A stretch of DNA of 64,000 bases, from positions 56,166-120,165 of the forward strand of contig JAZKDU010000015.1 in assembly GCA_040387415.1 (NCBI GenBank), given 5' to 3'. Source of the DNA: Bacteroidota bacterium (GTDB taxonomy: Bacteria; Bacteroidota; Bacteroidia; 2-12-FULL-35-15). Each line of letters begins with the position of its first letter. Within the stretch, counting starts at the first letter, position 1. Shown piece after piece: positions 56,579 to 64,000 of the stretch. The position numbers were made by a program, and so were the translations under genes. The notes under the pieces were generated by a model. It saw only the letters and a list, made by a program, of their open reading frames with translations. It ran no database searches and was not told the DNA's origin.

Positions 56579-58400
56579 ATAGCTTTTTGTCAGTAATTTT
56601 TTTATTAATCAAATCAGATGTATCGCCTGTTTTTTGTGCATCAACCCAATACTTTAATGCATTATCAGTTTCTCCAAGTTTAAACAATACATCTCCATAG
56701 TGTTCAAGCAAAGTACCATTTGCCTTGCCGCCATTTTCAATTGCCTTGCCAATCCAGACTTTAGCATCGTCATACTTTTTCATCTGGTATAAAATCCAAC
56801 CATAGGTATCCTGGTAAGAACTATTGTTGGGCTCCAGCTCATTACTTTTTTTTGACATTGCCTCTGCCTTTTCCAGGTCAACATTGCGTAAGGAAAGATA
56901 ATAGGAATAATTATTCAAAACATATACATTATTCGGATCAAGCTCTAATGCCTTGTTGTAAGCGGAGTCTGAAGCAGAATATTTTCTAAGCTGATTCTGC
57001 GCATCTCCTATATTGGCATAAAACTGAGCCAACACAGTTTCACTATCATAAACATATTCCAATCCGGCATTCAGGGATTTAACAGCCTCTTTATAATTTT
57101 TCAGTTTAATATTTGATGCGCCATTAAAAAAATAAGGAAGTGCCTGGCTAGGGAAAAGCTCCATTGCCTCTTTACTCTCTTTCTCCATGGCAGCAAAATC
57201 ATTTAATTCAGAGTCGATAATCAGCAACTGGTTCCAAAGAGCATATTTTTCTTTATCAAGTGCAATTGCTTTTCTATATTGCGCTCTGGCCTCCTCAATT
57301 TTTCTGTCACGATATAAAAAATCGCCATACATTGAAAAAGCCTTTGCATCATCGGGATGAACTTCCACCAGTATTCGACACAATTCATTGGCATCAGCAA
57401 GCAATTCGGTGTATGTTTCGGTAATAGAATAATAGGATAACAATATTTTTATTTTGGTATCAATATTCATCTCCTTACTTTTAAAAGCAATCTTTATTTC
57501 TTCGAATGCCTTTTTATCTTCCTTTTGCTTGCGGTAATAATCCGCCATCGACAAATGAACGTAAGGGTTTTCAGGATCTATCTTTAACAAATCATTATAA
57601 GCAGATAAGGCCTTTTCATTTTCTCCTCTTTCCTGATACAATTCACCTAATATTCCATAATATTTCGATTCTTTGGGGAAAACTTTGATCAGTTTATTAA
57701 TTTCCGCCAATGCTTTATCAAAGTTGTTTGTGGCTTTATATATTTTATACTTCTGAAGAGAGGCGTCTTCAGAGACACCAATAAGACTTTCTATCTTATC
57801 ATAAACCTTTGTTGCTTCACTGGTTTTGTTTGCATATAAATAAGCATTTGCAAGCTCATAATAAAAATCAACCCGTTCAGGATACCTTTTTAATAGTTTC
57901 TGATATACATCCACCACTTCGGTAGCCTGTTTATTCTCCTTTAAACAATCAATGTACAACAATTGGTACCAAATGTTTTCTGGATCAATAGATGCCGCTT
58001 TTTTACTGTAAAACAAAGCTTGCTTTTTATTGTTTTTAAAAGCGTAAACACTTGCCAACTCATACATTGCAGCACTGCTATTTGGATCTATGCGCAGGGA
58101 TTGCATAAGCAGGTTTTCTGCTAAATCATAATTACCTAATATCTTCTCCTTATTTGCATCAAAAAAAAGACGTTCAAAATCAATCCTCTGCCTGCCAGTA
58201 AGTTTATCACCATTTGATGATTGTGAGCCCTGCTTTACAGCGTTTTGCTTTGAACTTGATTTTGTTGAGTTTTTAGACGTTTTACAGGAAGTAAAAGAAA
58301 ACAAAACTGCCAAAAACAAAATAGAGCATCTCCACTTAATACTTTCCGCAACGGAAAGAGAAAGTGTGAAACTGCTAACTTTAATTTTTATTTTTTTCAT
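56571..58400 (-). CDS. Tetratricopeptide-repeat lipoprotein
   Basis: Signal/lipobox (FTSC) then more than 10 TPR-like 34-aa units (A..Y..A...A). Confidence 0.8.
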   Translation of the reverse strand: MKKIKIKVSSFTLSLSVAESIKWRCSILFLAVLFSFTSCKTSKNSTKSSSKQNAVKQGSQSSNGDKLTGRQRIDFERLFFDANKEKILGNYDLAENLLMQSLRIDPNSSAAMYELASVYAFKNNKKQALFYSKKAASIDPENIWYQLLYIDCLKENKQATEVVDVYQKLLKRYPERVDFYYELANAYLYANKTSEATKVYDKIESLIGVSEDASLQKYKIYKATNNFDKALAEINKLIKVFPKESKYYGILGELYQERGENEKALSAYNDLLKIDPENPYVHLSMADYYRKQKEDKKAFEEIKIAFKSKEMNIDTKIKILLSYYSITETYTELLADANELCRILVEVHPDDAKAFSMYGDFLYRDRKIEEARAQYRKAIALDKEKYALWNQLLIIDSELNDFAAMEKESKEAMELFPSQALPYFFNGASNIKLKNYKEAVKSLNAGLEYVYDSETVLAQFYANIGDAQNQLRKYSASDSAYNKALELDPNNVYVLNNYSYYLSLRNVDLEKAEAMSKKSNELEPNNSSYQDTYGWILYQMKKYDDAKVWIGKAIENGGKANGTLLEHYGDVLFKLGETDNALKYWVDAQKTGDTSDLINKKITDKKLYE

Positions 58401-58455
58401 TCTTTTATTTACAATTCCTTGCAGCTTTGCTAAAAAGGCATTTAGGGAAACTGCC

Positions 58456-59454
58456 CTATCTCAGTACGGTGTAGTCTCCAACACTTGCATCAGTGGACTT
58501 CCCTGTATATTCAGAAAAGTTGCCAATCATAGAATTGCTTAATTCTGCATTTTTAATTTTACTGTTTGTTTGAATAATGCAATTAGTCACAACTGAACTC
58601 TCTACTATTGTATTTGCCCCAATAGAAGCATGAGGCCCAACAGTTGAATTAATCAACTGTACATTTTCACCAATAAAACAGGGTTCAATAACAGTAGAAC
58701 CATTATTGCTGAATTTGGATTTGCGAACCTCGCCTTTATTAAACTCTAAAATACGCTGATTCGTATAAACTGTCGCATCCTTATTCCCGCAATCAAGCCA
58801 TTCAGTTACCTTACCTGGTGTAAATTTCGTGCCTTTTGCTTTCATATTTTCAAGAGCGTTGGTAAGCTGATACTCCCCTTTTTCCATGATTTTATTATCA
58901 AGCAGAAATTGCAATTCTCTTTTCAAATAATCACCATCCTTAAAATAATAAATCCCAATGATTGCAAGGTCCGAAACAAAATGCTGTGGTTTTTCTACAA
59001 AGTCTGTTATCACATTATTTGCATCTAACTTTACAACACCAAAAGGTTTAGGATCATCCACTTTTTGCACCCAAATAATTCCTTCCTGGGAAGAATCCAT
59101 TTTAAAATCTGCTTTAAAAAGCGTATCAGCAAAAGCAATCAATACTTTCCCTGTTAAACACTCTTTTGCGCACATAATAGCGTGAGCTGTCCCCAAAGGT
59201 TCATCCTGGTGAAAAATCCGGCCTTTTGCACCTAGGCTTTCTGCAATTGCAACAAGATTATTCTCTGCTTCTTTTCCAAAACGCCCAATAACAAAGGCAA
59301 TTTCATCAACGGGTTCATCACATACTTTAATTATATCTTCAACAATACGCTGAACCATTGGCTTACCTGCAATAGGAATCAAAGGTTTTGGGGTTGTAAG
59401 TGTGTGTGGGCGCATCCGTTTGCCCATTCCAGCCATTGGAATAATTATTTTCAT
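58456..59454 (-). CDS. Sugar-phosphate nucleotidyltransferase with C-terminal left-handed beta-helix (hexapeptide) domain
   Basis: N-terminal IPMAGMGKRMRP...GTAHA NTP-transferase motifs. C-terminal hexapeptide repeats. Confidence 0.8.
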   Translation of the reverse strand: MKIIIPMAGMGKRMRPHTLTTPKPLIPIAGKPMVQRIVEDIIKVCDEPVDEIAFVIGRFGKEAENNLVAIAESLGAKGRIFHQDEPLGTAHAIMCAKECLTGKVLIAFADTLFKADFKMDSSQEGIIWVQKVDDPKPFGVVKLDANNVITDFVEKPQHFVSDLAIIGIYYFKDGDYLKRELQFLLDNKIMEKGEYQLTNALENMKAKGTKFTPGKVTEWLDCGNKDATVYTNQRILEFNKGEVRKSKFSNNGSTVIEPCFIGENVQLINSTVGPHASIGANTIVESSVVTNCIIQTNSKIKNAELSNSMIGNFSEYTGKSTDASVGDYTVLR

Positions 59455-59542
59455 ATGTTTTTTTTTGTGTCATCCCTCATCAAAGAGAGAAACAATGTTT
59501 GTATTTTTTTCCTAAGCGCTTATGAGCTCTTAAAGTTCCTAT

Positions 59543-59977
59543 TTATTTTGCACCTGTATGACCAAATCCGCCTGCCCCGCGGTCGGTATCCATTAATTGT
59601 TCTACTTCAACCCACTCCGCCTGTTCATGCTTGGCAATAACCATTTGCGCTACACGCTCTCCATCATTTATTGTGAAATCGTGATGAGAAAGGTTAACCA
59701 GTATTATTTTAATTTCTCCTCTGTAATCTGCATCAATTGTACCCGGTGAATTTAGTACTGTTAAACCGTTCTTAAAAGCCAAGCCGCTTCTTGGACGGAT
59801 CTGCGCTTCATATCCAACGGGAATTTCCAAAAATAAACCTGTTGGAATCAAAACGCGTTCCAGTGATTTTAAAACCACCGGCTGATCAATATTAGCACGT
59901 AAGTCCATTCCTGCAGCAGCAAAAGTGGCATAACCGGGCAACTCATGTTTTGATTTATTAATAATTTTTATTTTCAT
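59543..59977 (-). CDS. dut: dUTP diphosphatase
   Basis: All five Dut motifs recognisable ([39 protein letters not shown]). Confidence 0.9.
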   Translation of the reverse strand: MKIKIINKSKHELPGYATFAAAGMDLRANIDQPVVLKSLERVLIPTGLFLEIPVGYEAQIRPRSGLAFKNGLTVLNSPGTIDADYRGEIKIILVNLSHHDFTINDGERVAQMVIAKHEQAEWVEVEQLMDTDRGAGGFGHTGAK

Positions 59978-60009
59978 TATAATATTTTCTAAAATGTTAC
60001 TAGCAGCCT

Positions 60010-61482
60010 CTATGCCAACTGTTTCAAATTATTTTTTTCAAGTTTAAAAACAATAACAATAAAGCCGATTAATAGTAAATTATTCAAAATCAGGTTAATT
60101 GAACTTTCGTCCGTTTTTATCAATAAACTGATAAAGTACAAAGTTACGGATAAACCAAGGTAACCCAAAATGCGTTTTAAATCATAATTAACAGGGTAAT
60201 GTTTATTACCCCAGAAATAAGAAACCACCATCATGGAAGCATAACAAATAAACGTTGCCCAGGCCGATCCCAAAAAGCCAAATTTCGGCAAGAGTATAAA
60301 ATTCAACGAAATAGTAATAATAGCTCCCATAATAGTTAAAACTGCTCCATAAGTTGTTTGCCCCGTAAGTTTATACCAAATTGACTGATTAATGAATATC
60401 CCCAAAAATAAATTGGCGAGCAAAAGAATAGGAACAACATTCATACCAATCCTGTATTGTTCACCTACAAAGTATTGTATCCATTGAATATTCATCATTG
60501 TTCCAAGAAAAATTACGGAACAGATAATTACAAAATATTTCATAATATCCGCATTCATTTTTTTTGAATCCTTTTCTTTAGCATGGCTGAAAAAGAATGG
60601 TTCTGCGGCAAAGCGAAAGGCCTGGATAAAAATGGTCATCAAAATTGCAATTTTATAACATGCACCATAAATCCCGTTTTGGCTTTTTGCGATCTCTTCT
60701 GGCAGAAGATAAGGTATCAATACTCTGTCAAGCGTTTCGTTGGTCATTCCGGCTAAACCGGCTATTAACAATGGCAAAGCATAGCCCATCATGCGTTTCC
60801 ATAAAGGGGTATTGATTTTCCATTTTATAGAAACGAATTCAGGGCTAAGAAGAAATAGGGTAACCGCGCTCGCAATAAGATTTGAAATAAATATATAGCC
60901 AATGCCAATTTCGGGATTATAAATTATGTTTACAAACGGCTTAAATACAGACTGTTCCGCATCATACACTCCTTTACAAAACCATAAAAAAAACAAATTT
61001 AAACCAATATTGATAGCTATATTAAGCGATCTGACAACCGCAAACCGTTTTGCTTTGTTCTGTTCCCTTAATTTTGCAAACGGAATAGCACAAAAGGCAT
61101 CAAAGCCTAATATCAATGCAAACCAGATGATATATTCAGGATGACCGGAAAACTTCAACATTTCCGATATCGGTCTGGCAAAAAAGCATGTAATTAAAAC
61201 GAATGCAGCCGAAGAAATAACAAGCGAAGTTAATGCTGTGGAGTAAACCTTATCCTTTTCTATTTCTGTTTGTGAAAACCGGAATAAAGCCGTTTCCATT
61301 CCATATGTTAATAAAACCAATAAAAAAGTAACGTAAGCATAAGCTGATGTAACGTCCCCGAATTCGGATGGAGTAAACAGGTAAGTATAAAGAGGAGTAA
61401 GAAAATAGTTTAATAAACGGCCAACAATGGTTGGTAAACCATACATAGCTGTTTGAGAAACAAGTTTTTTTAGTGGGTTCAA
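60010..61482 (-). CDS. Oligosaccharide/polysaccharide flippase (Wzx/MOP-family)
   Basis: 490 aa with about 12-14 TM helices. Typical Bacteroidetes polysaccharide-biosynthesis protein next to dut. Confidence 0.8.
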   Translation of the reverse strand: MNPLKKLVSQTAMYGLPTIVGRLLNYFLTPLYTYLFTPSEFGDVTSAYAYVTFLLVLLTYGMETALFRFSQTEIEKDKVYSTALTSLVISSAAFVLITCFFARPISEMLKFSGHPEYIIWFALILGFDAFCAIPFAKLREQNKAKRFAVVRSLNIAINIGLNLFFLWFCKGVYDAEQSVFKPFVNIIYNPEIGIGYIFISNLIASAVTLFLLSPEFVSIKWKINTPLWKRMMGYALPLLIAGLAGMTNETLDRVLIPYLLPEEIAKSQNGIYGACYKIAILMTIFIQAFRFAAEPFFFSHAKEKDSKKMNADIMKYFVIICSVIFLGTMMNIQWIQYFVGEQYRIGMNVVPILLLANLFLGIFINQSIWYKLTGQTTYGAVLTIMGAIITISLNFILLPKFGFLGSAWATFICYASMMVVSYFWGNKHYPVNYDLKRILGYLGLSVTLYFISLLIKTDESSINLILNNLLLIGFIVIVFKLEKNNLKQLA

Positions 61483-61629
61483 GTTGATTAACTAATGTAC
61501 CGAGTTGTAAATATACCGATTAATTTAGAAGAATTGTTGCAGTTTTACAAGAGTTATTACTGCCAATACTCTATTTCCCCACTTTTTTTTAAGGCCCGGC
61601 CGTTTTCAAAACCCGACAGGCCAAAAAAA

Positions 61630-62409
61630 TTATCTACCTGCAAATTCGGCTTTTCTTTTTTCTATAAAAGCGCTTGTGCCTTCTTTAAAGTCCTGCGTGG
61701 AAAAACACTTACCAAATTCTTCTATTTCAGAGGCAAAGCCATTTGTACCATCTTCAAAATAAGCATTCACGCTATTGATCACACCGGTTATTGCTTTAGG
61801 TGCTTTGCTTTTGATTTTTTCAAGTAATTCAACAGCCTTATTTATCAGCTGATCCTGTGGAACTACATAATTTACCAAACCTAAGTTTAACGCCTGTTCT
61901 GCATTTATCAGATCGCCAGTCATATGCAATTCTGTTGCTTTGGTTTTACCAATGTATTGTATCAGGCGCTGTGTTCCGCCATAACCTGCAATTAAACCCA
62001 GATTTACTTCCGGCTGACCGAATTTTGCGTTTTCACTGGCAACACGTATGTGACAGGCCATTGACAATTCACAACCACCACCCAAAGCAAAACCGTTTAC
62101 AGCAGCAACTACTGGCTTAGAACATGTTTCTATTGATCTGAAAACATCTTGTCCTGCCTGAGCAAGCTGCATCCCCTCTTGCACCGAAAGTCCTACAAAC
62201 TCAGTAATATCAGCACCCGCTACAAATGATTTCTGTCCGGATCCTGTTATAATGATTGCCTTTACATTACTGTCCGCCTCTGCATTTTTAACTGCCAAGC
62301 CTATTTCGGAAACAGTTTTTTTATTTAATGCGTTTAATTTATCAGGACGATTAATGGTAATAGTCAAAATATTATTTTCTACTGCTATTAAAAGATTTTC
62401 AAAGGTCAT
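61630..62409 (-). CDS. Enoyl-CoA hydratase/isomerase (crotonase) family
   Basis: Crotonase-fold motifs AVNGFALGGGCELSMACH and oxyanion-hole region. 259 aa. Confidence 0.85.
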   Translation of the reverse strand: MTFENLLIAVENNILTITINRPDKLNALNKKTVSEIGLAVKNAEADSNVKAIIITGSGQKSFVAGADITEFVGLSVQEGMQLAQAGQDVFRSIETCSKPVVAAVNGFALGGGCELSMACHIRVASENAKFGQPEVNLGLIAGYGGTQRLIQYIGKTKATELHMTGDLINAEQALNLGLVNYVVPQDQLINKAVELLEKIKSKAPKAITGVINSVNAYFEDGTNGFASEIEEFGKCFSTQDFKEGTSAFIEKRKAEFAGR

Positions 62410-62498
62410 AATTAATGGGTTTTAATAAATAAGGAGACGAATTTACAAATTATTGCTTTTAGTTGTAAGGATTAGTTATTATTGAGTTAATAACTGTT

Positions 62499-64000
62499 TT
62501 AACTGATCGTTAAGCCCATTATCAGGATATCATCTACCTGCTCCAATATGGAAGAATCCTTATCGGATGCAAGCCAGCCTCTCCAGCCCTCAATGGCAGT
62601 AGCAAGCAATTCCTTTTGTGTTTTCATTGGCTTTTGATGGATTGAAATCAATAGCTCGTCCAGTTGTTTGTATTTGAATTTTTTCCCTTTCGGCCCCCCG
62701 AACTGATCGGCATAACCATCGGTGTATAAATAGAGCATATCACCTTTTTGAACATCAATTGTATGAAGTGTGAACGGAGCTGTTTTTTCGCCTTTACCCA
62801 CAGGCATTTTATCTACAGGCAGATAAATAACTGTATTATCCCTGACAATTACAGGAGCATTGTTTGCCGCACAATAGGTAAGCTTTCGTTTATCATCATT
62901 TTCAACAGATTCGATACAAAGCAAAATACCATCCATACCATCTTGTGCACCATCCTGTGAAACATTTTCTATTAAACGCTTTCGTACATGATTTAAGATT
63001 TCGCTGGGTTGCTGAATACCCTTTTCTGTAATCGCTTCGTTCAAAAAGGAAATATTTAATAAGCTCATAAATGCACCCGGCACCCCATGACCGGTAGAAT
63101 CACAAACAGCAAGGTAAAAACGGTCAGTGTTACCAACTTGTCCCTCGCTCCCTGCTATTGTTGTTGCCCAATAAAAATCCCCACTTACAATATCTTTCGG
63201 TTGAAACAAAACAAAGTATTCCTGTAAATTGTGCTGCAATACCTCATCATTCGCAAGTAAGGTGTATTGAATGCGCTTTGCATAGTTAATTGAATCAACT
63301 ATCTCTTTCTGCTTTTCCTCAATAAGTTCATTTTTTTTCTCTACCAGCTCTTTCTGCTCAACCACTTCGGTTGTCCGTTTTTTTACGGTCTGCTCCAGTA
63401 TTTCTTTTTCCTTTCTTAAAGAAGTTGTGCGCCATCTGAAAAACAAAGCAATGGCCGCTATTGCTGCAAGCAAGTATAACAAATACATCCACCAGGTGCG
63501 GTACCAGGGTGGCAACACCCTGAATGAATACAATATCGGTTCGCTCCATATTCCATCCGGACTTTGTGCTTTTAATTTAAAAGTGTAGGTCCCTTCACTT
63601 ATATTACCAAATGTTGCGGAAGCTTTATCAGTGATTGCTCCCCAACCACTATCGTAACCCTCTAAAAAATACTGATATCGGATAAGTTGAGGTTTATCTG
63701 TTTCAATGGCAGCAAAATCAAAAGTAATATTGTTATGTTGGAACGGGAGTAAAAGATTTACTGGTAATGGATAAGAACGGGCAATACTATCGAATTGCAA
63801 ATTATTATAATGTTCACGTAACCTTATACGCTGAGAAGGTGTTAAAAGATGACCAAAAGAAATAATTTCATCGTTGAGAACAGCAAGAGAATCTATTGAA
63901 TTGTGCGATTCAAAACTTTGAACACCTGCATTGAATTTTTCAGATTGCAGATTATACCAGGAAACGGGTTCCCCATGCAATTTCAGCCCTTGAATATTCA
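62499..64000 (-). CDS. PP2C/SpoIIE-family serine/threonine phosphatase with N-terminal Y_Y_Y-type sensor region and a TM helix; 5' end lies beyond the window
   Basis: PP2C motifs (SGDFYW, DSTGHG, DGYADQ). Y_Y_Y-like segment and TM (WWMYLLYLLAAIAAIALFF), coiled coil. The first in-window Met at 63980 is probably internal. Confidence 0.75.
   Translation of the reverse strand, partial: NIQGLKLHGEPVSWYNLQSEKFNAGVQSFESHNSIDSLAVLNDEIISFGHLLTPSQRIRLREHYNNLQFDSIARSYPLPVNLLLPFQHNNITFDFAAIETDKPQLIRYQYFLEGYDSGWGAITDKASATFGNISEGTYTFKLKAQSPDGIWSEPILYSFRVLPPWYRTWWMYLLYLLAAIAAIALFFRWRTTSLRKEKEILEQTVKKRTTEVVEQKELVEKKNELIEEKQKEIVDSINYAKRIQYTLLANDEVLQHNLQEYFVLFQPKDIVSGDFYWATTIAGSEGQVGNTDRFYLAVCDSTGHGVPGAFMSLLNISFLNEAITEKGIQQPSEILNHVRKRLIENVSQDGAQDGMDGILLCIESVENDDKRKLTYCAANNAPVIVRDNTVIYLPVDKMPVGKGEKTAPFTLHTIDVQKGDMLYLYTDGYADQFGGPKGKKFKYKQLDELLISIHQKPMKTQKELLATAIEGWRGWLASDKDSSILEQVDDILIMGLTIS

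Noticed and set aside
61560-61629. GC-rich palindrome aaggcccggccgttttcaaaacccgacaggcc between the flippase and enoyl-CoA hydratase genes
   Set aside because: The hairpin is followed by an A-run on the plus strand and preceded by a T-run, so it is not a canonical intrinsic terminator in either direction. With a single copy it cannot be called a REP element.

Overview
This 64-kb window is a chromosomal region from a Bacteroidota genome, probably Sphingobacteriia- or Chitinophagia-like. The phylum call rests on several T9SS C-terminal sorting domains, a CarbopepD-type TonB-dependent receptor, MORN/YwqK-repeat lipoproteins, Bacteroidetes-style TTG...TAnnTTTG promoters and roughly 38-42% GC. I found no transposases, integrases or CRISPR arrays. 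Gene order along the window: (1) 1-7451, a co-directional signalling locus with two paralogous hybrid histidine kinases (CHASE3-type and GAF/PAS-type) and three response regulators. (2) 7565-10839, selD-selU (selenouridine trait) and purT. (3) kbl, then a DUF785-rimK-desuccinylase trio. (4) A three-tRNA cluster (Pro, Arg, initiator-like Met). (5) era and der. (6) An orphan SiaB/SiaC-like partner-switch pair and a low-GC DUF4240 gene. (7) A 1104-aa T9SS adhesin whose Ig-like module is built from near-identical 219-bp tandem repeats. (8) A ClC channel, then Rrf2 regulator / phasin-like protein / 1-Cys peroxiredoxin. (9) A hypothetical-SulP-beta-carbonic-anhydrase operon. (10) An accessory-looking patch at 31.4-36.1 kb with an OmpR-type regulator whose phospho-acceptor Asp is Glu, a pseudo-receiver plus CheY pair, two secreted proteins, and a duplicated ~118-bp element carrying a conserved 16-codon ORF. 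(11) A TonB-dependent receptor and a porin O/P-DUF47-PiT phosphate cluster. (12) A large MORN-repeat protein and an unknown-function trio with a DEDD exonuclease. (13) A methionine-aminotransferase / omega-amidase pair. (14) A conserved Bacteroidetes block (ComF, M23 peptidase, DUF4292, TPR, nucleotidyltransferase, dut, flippase, enoyl-CoA hydratase) ending in a partial PP2C sensor phosphatase. No single obvious new multi-gene system (defence island, BGC) is visible. The most unusual signals are the duplicated 16-codon-ORF element, the Asp-to-Glu response regulator, the orphan SiaB/SiaC pair next to a compositionally foreign gene, a family of short words recurring in intergenic regions, and the recombination-prone adhesin repeats. 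All calls are from reading the sequence and ORF translations; no database searches were run.
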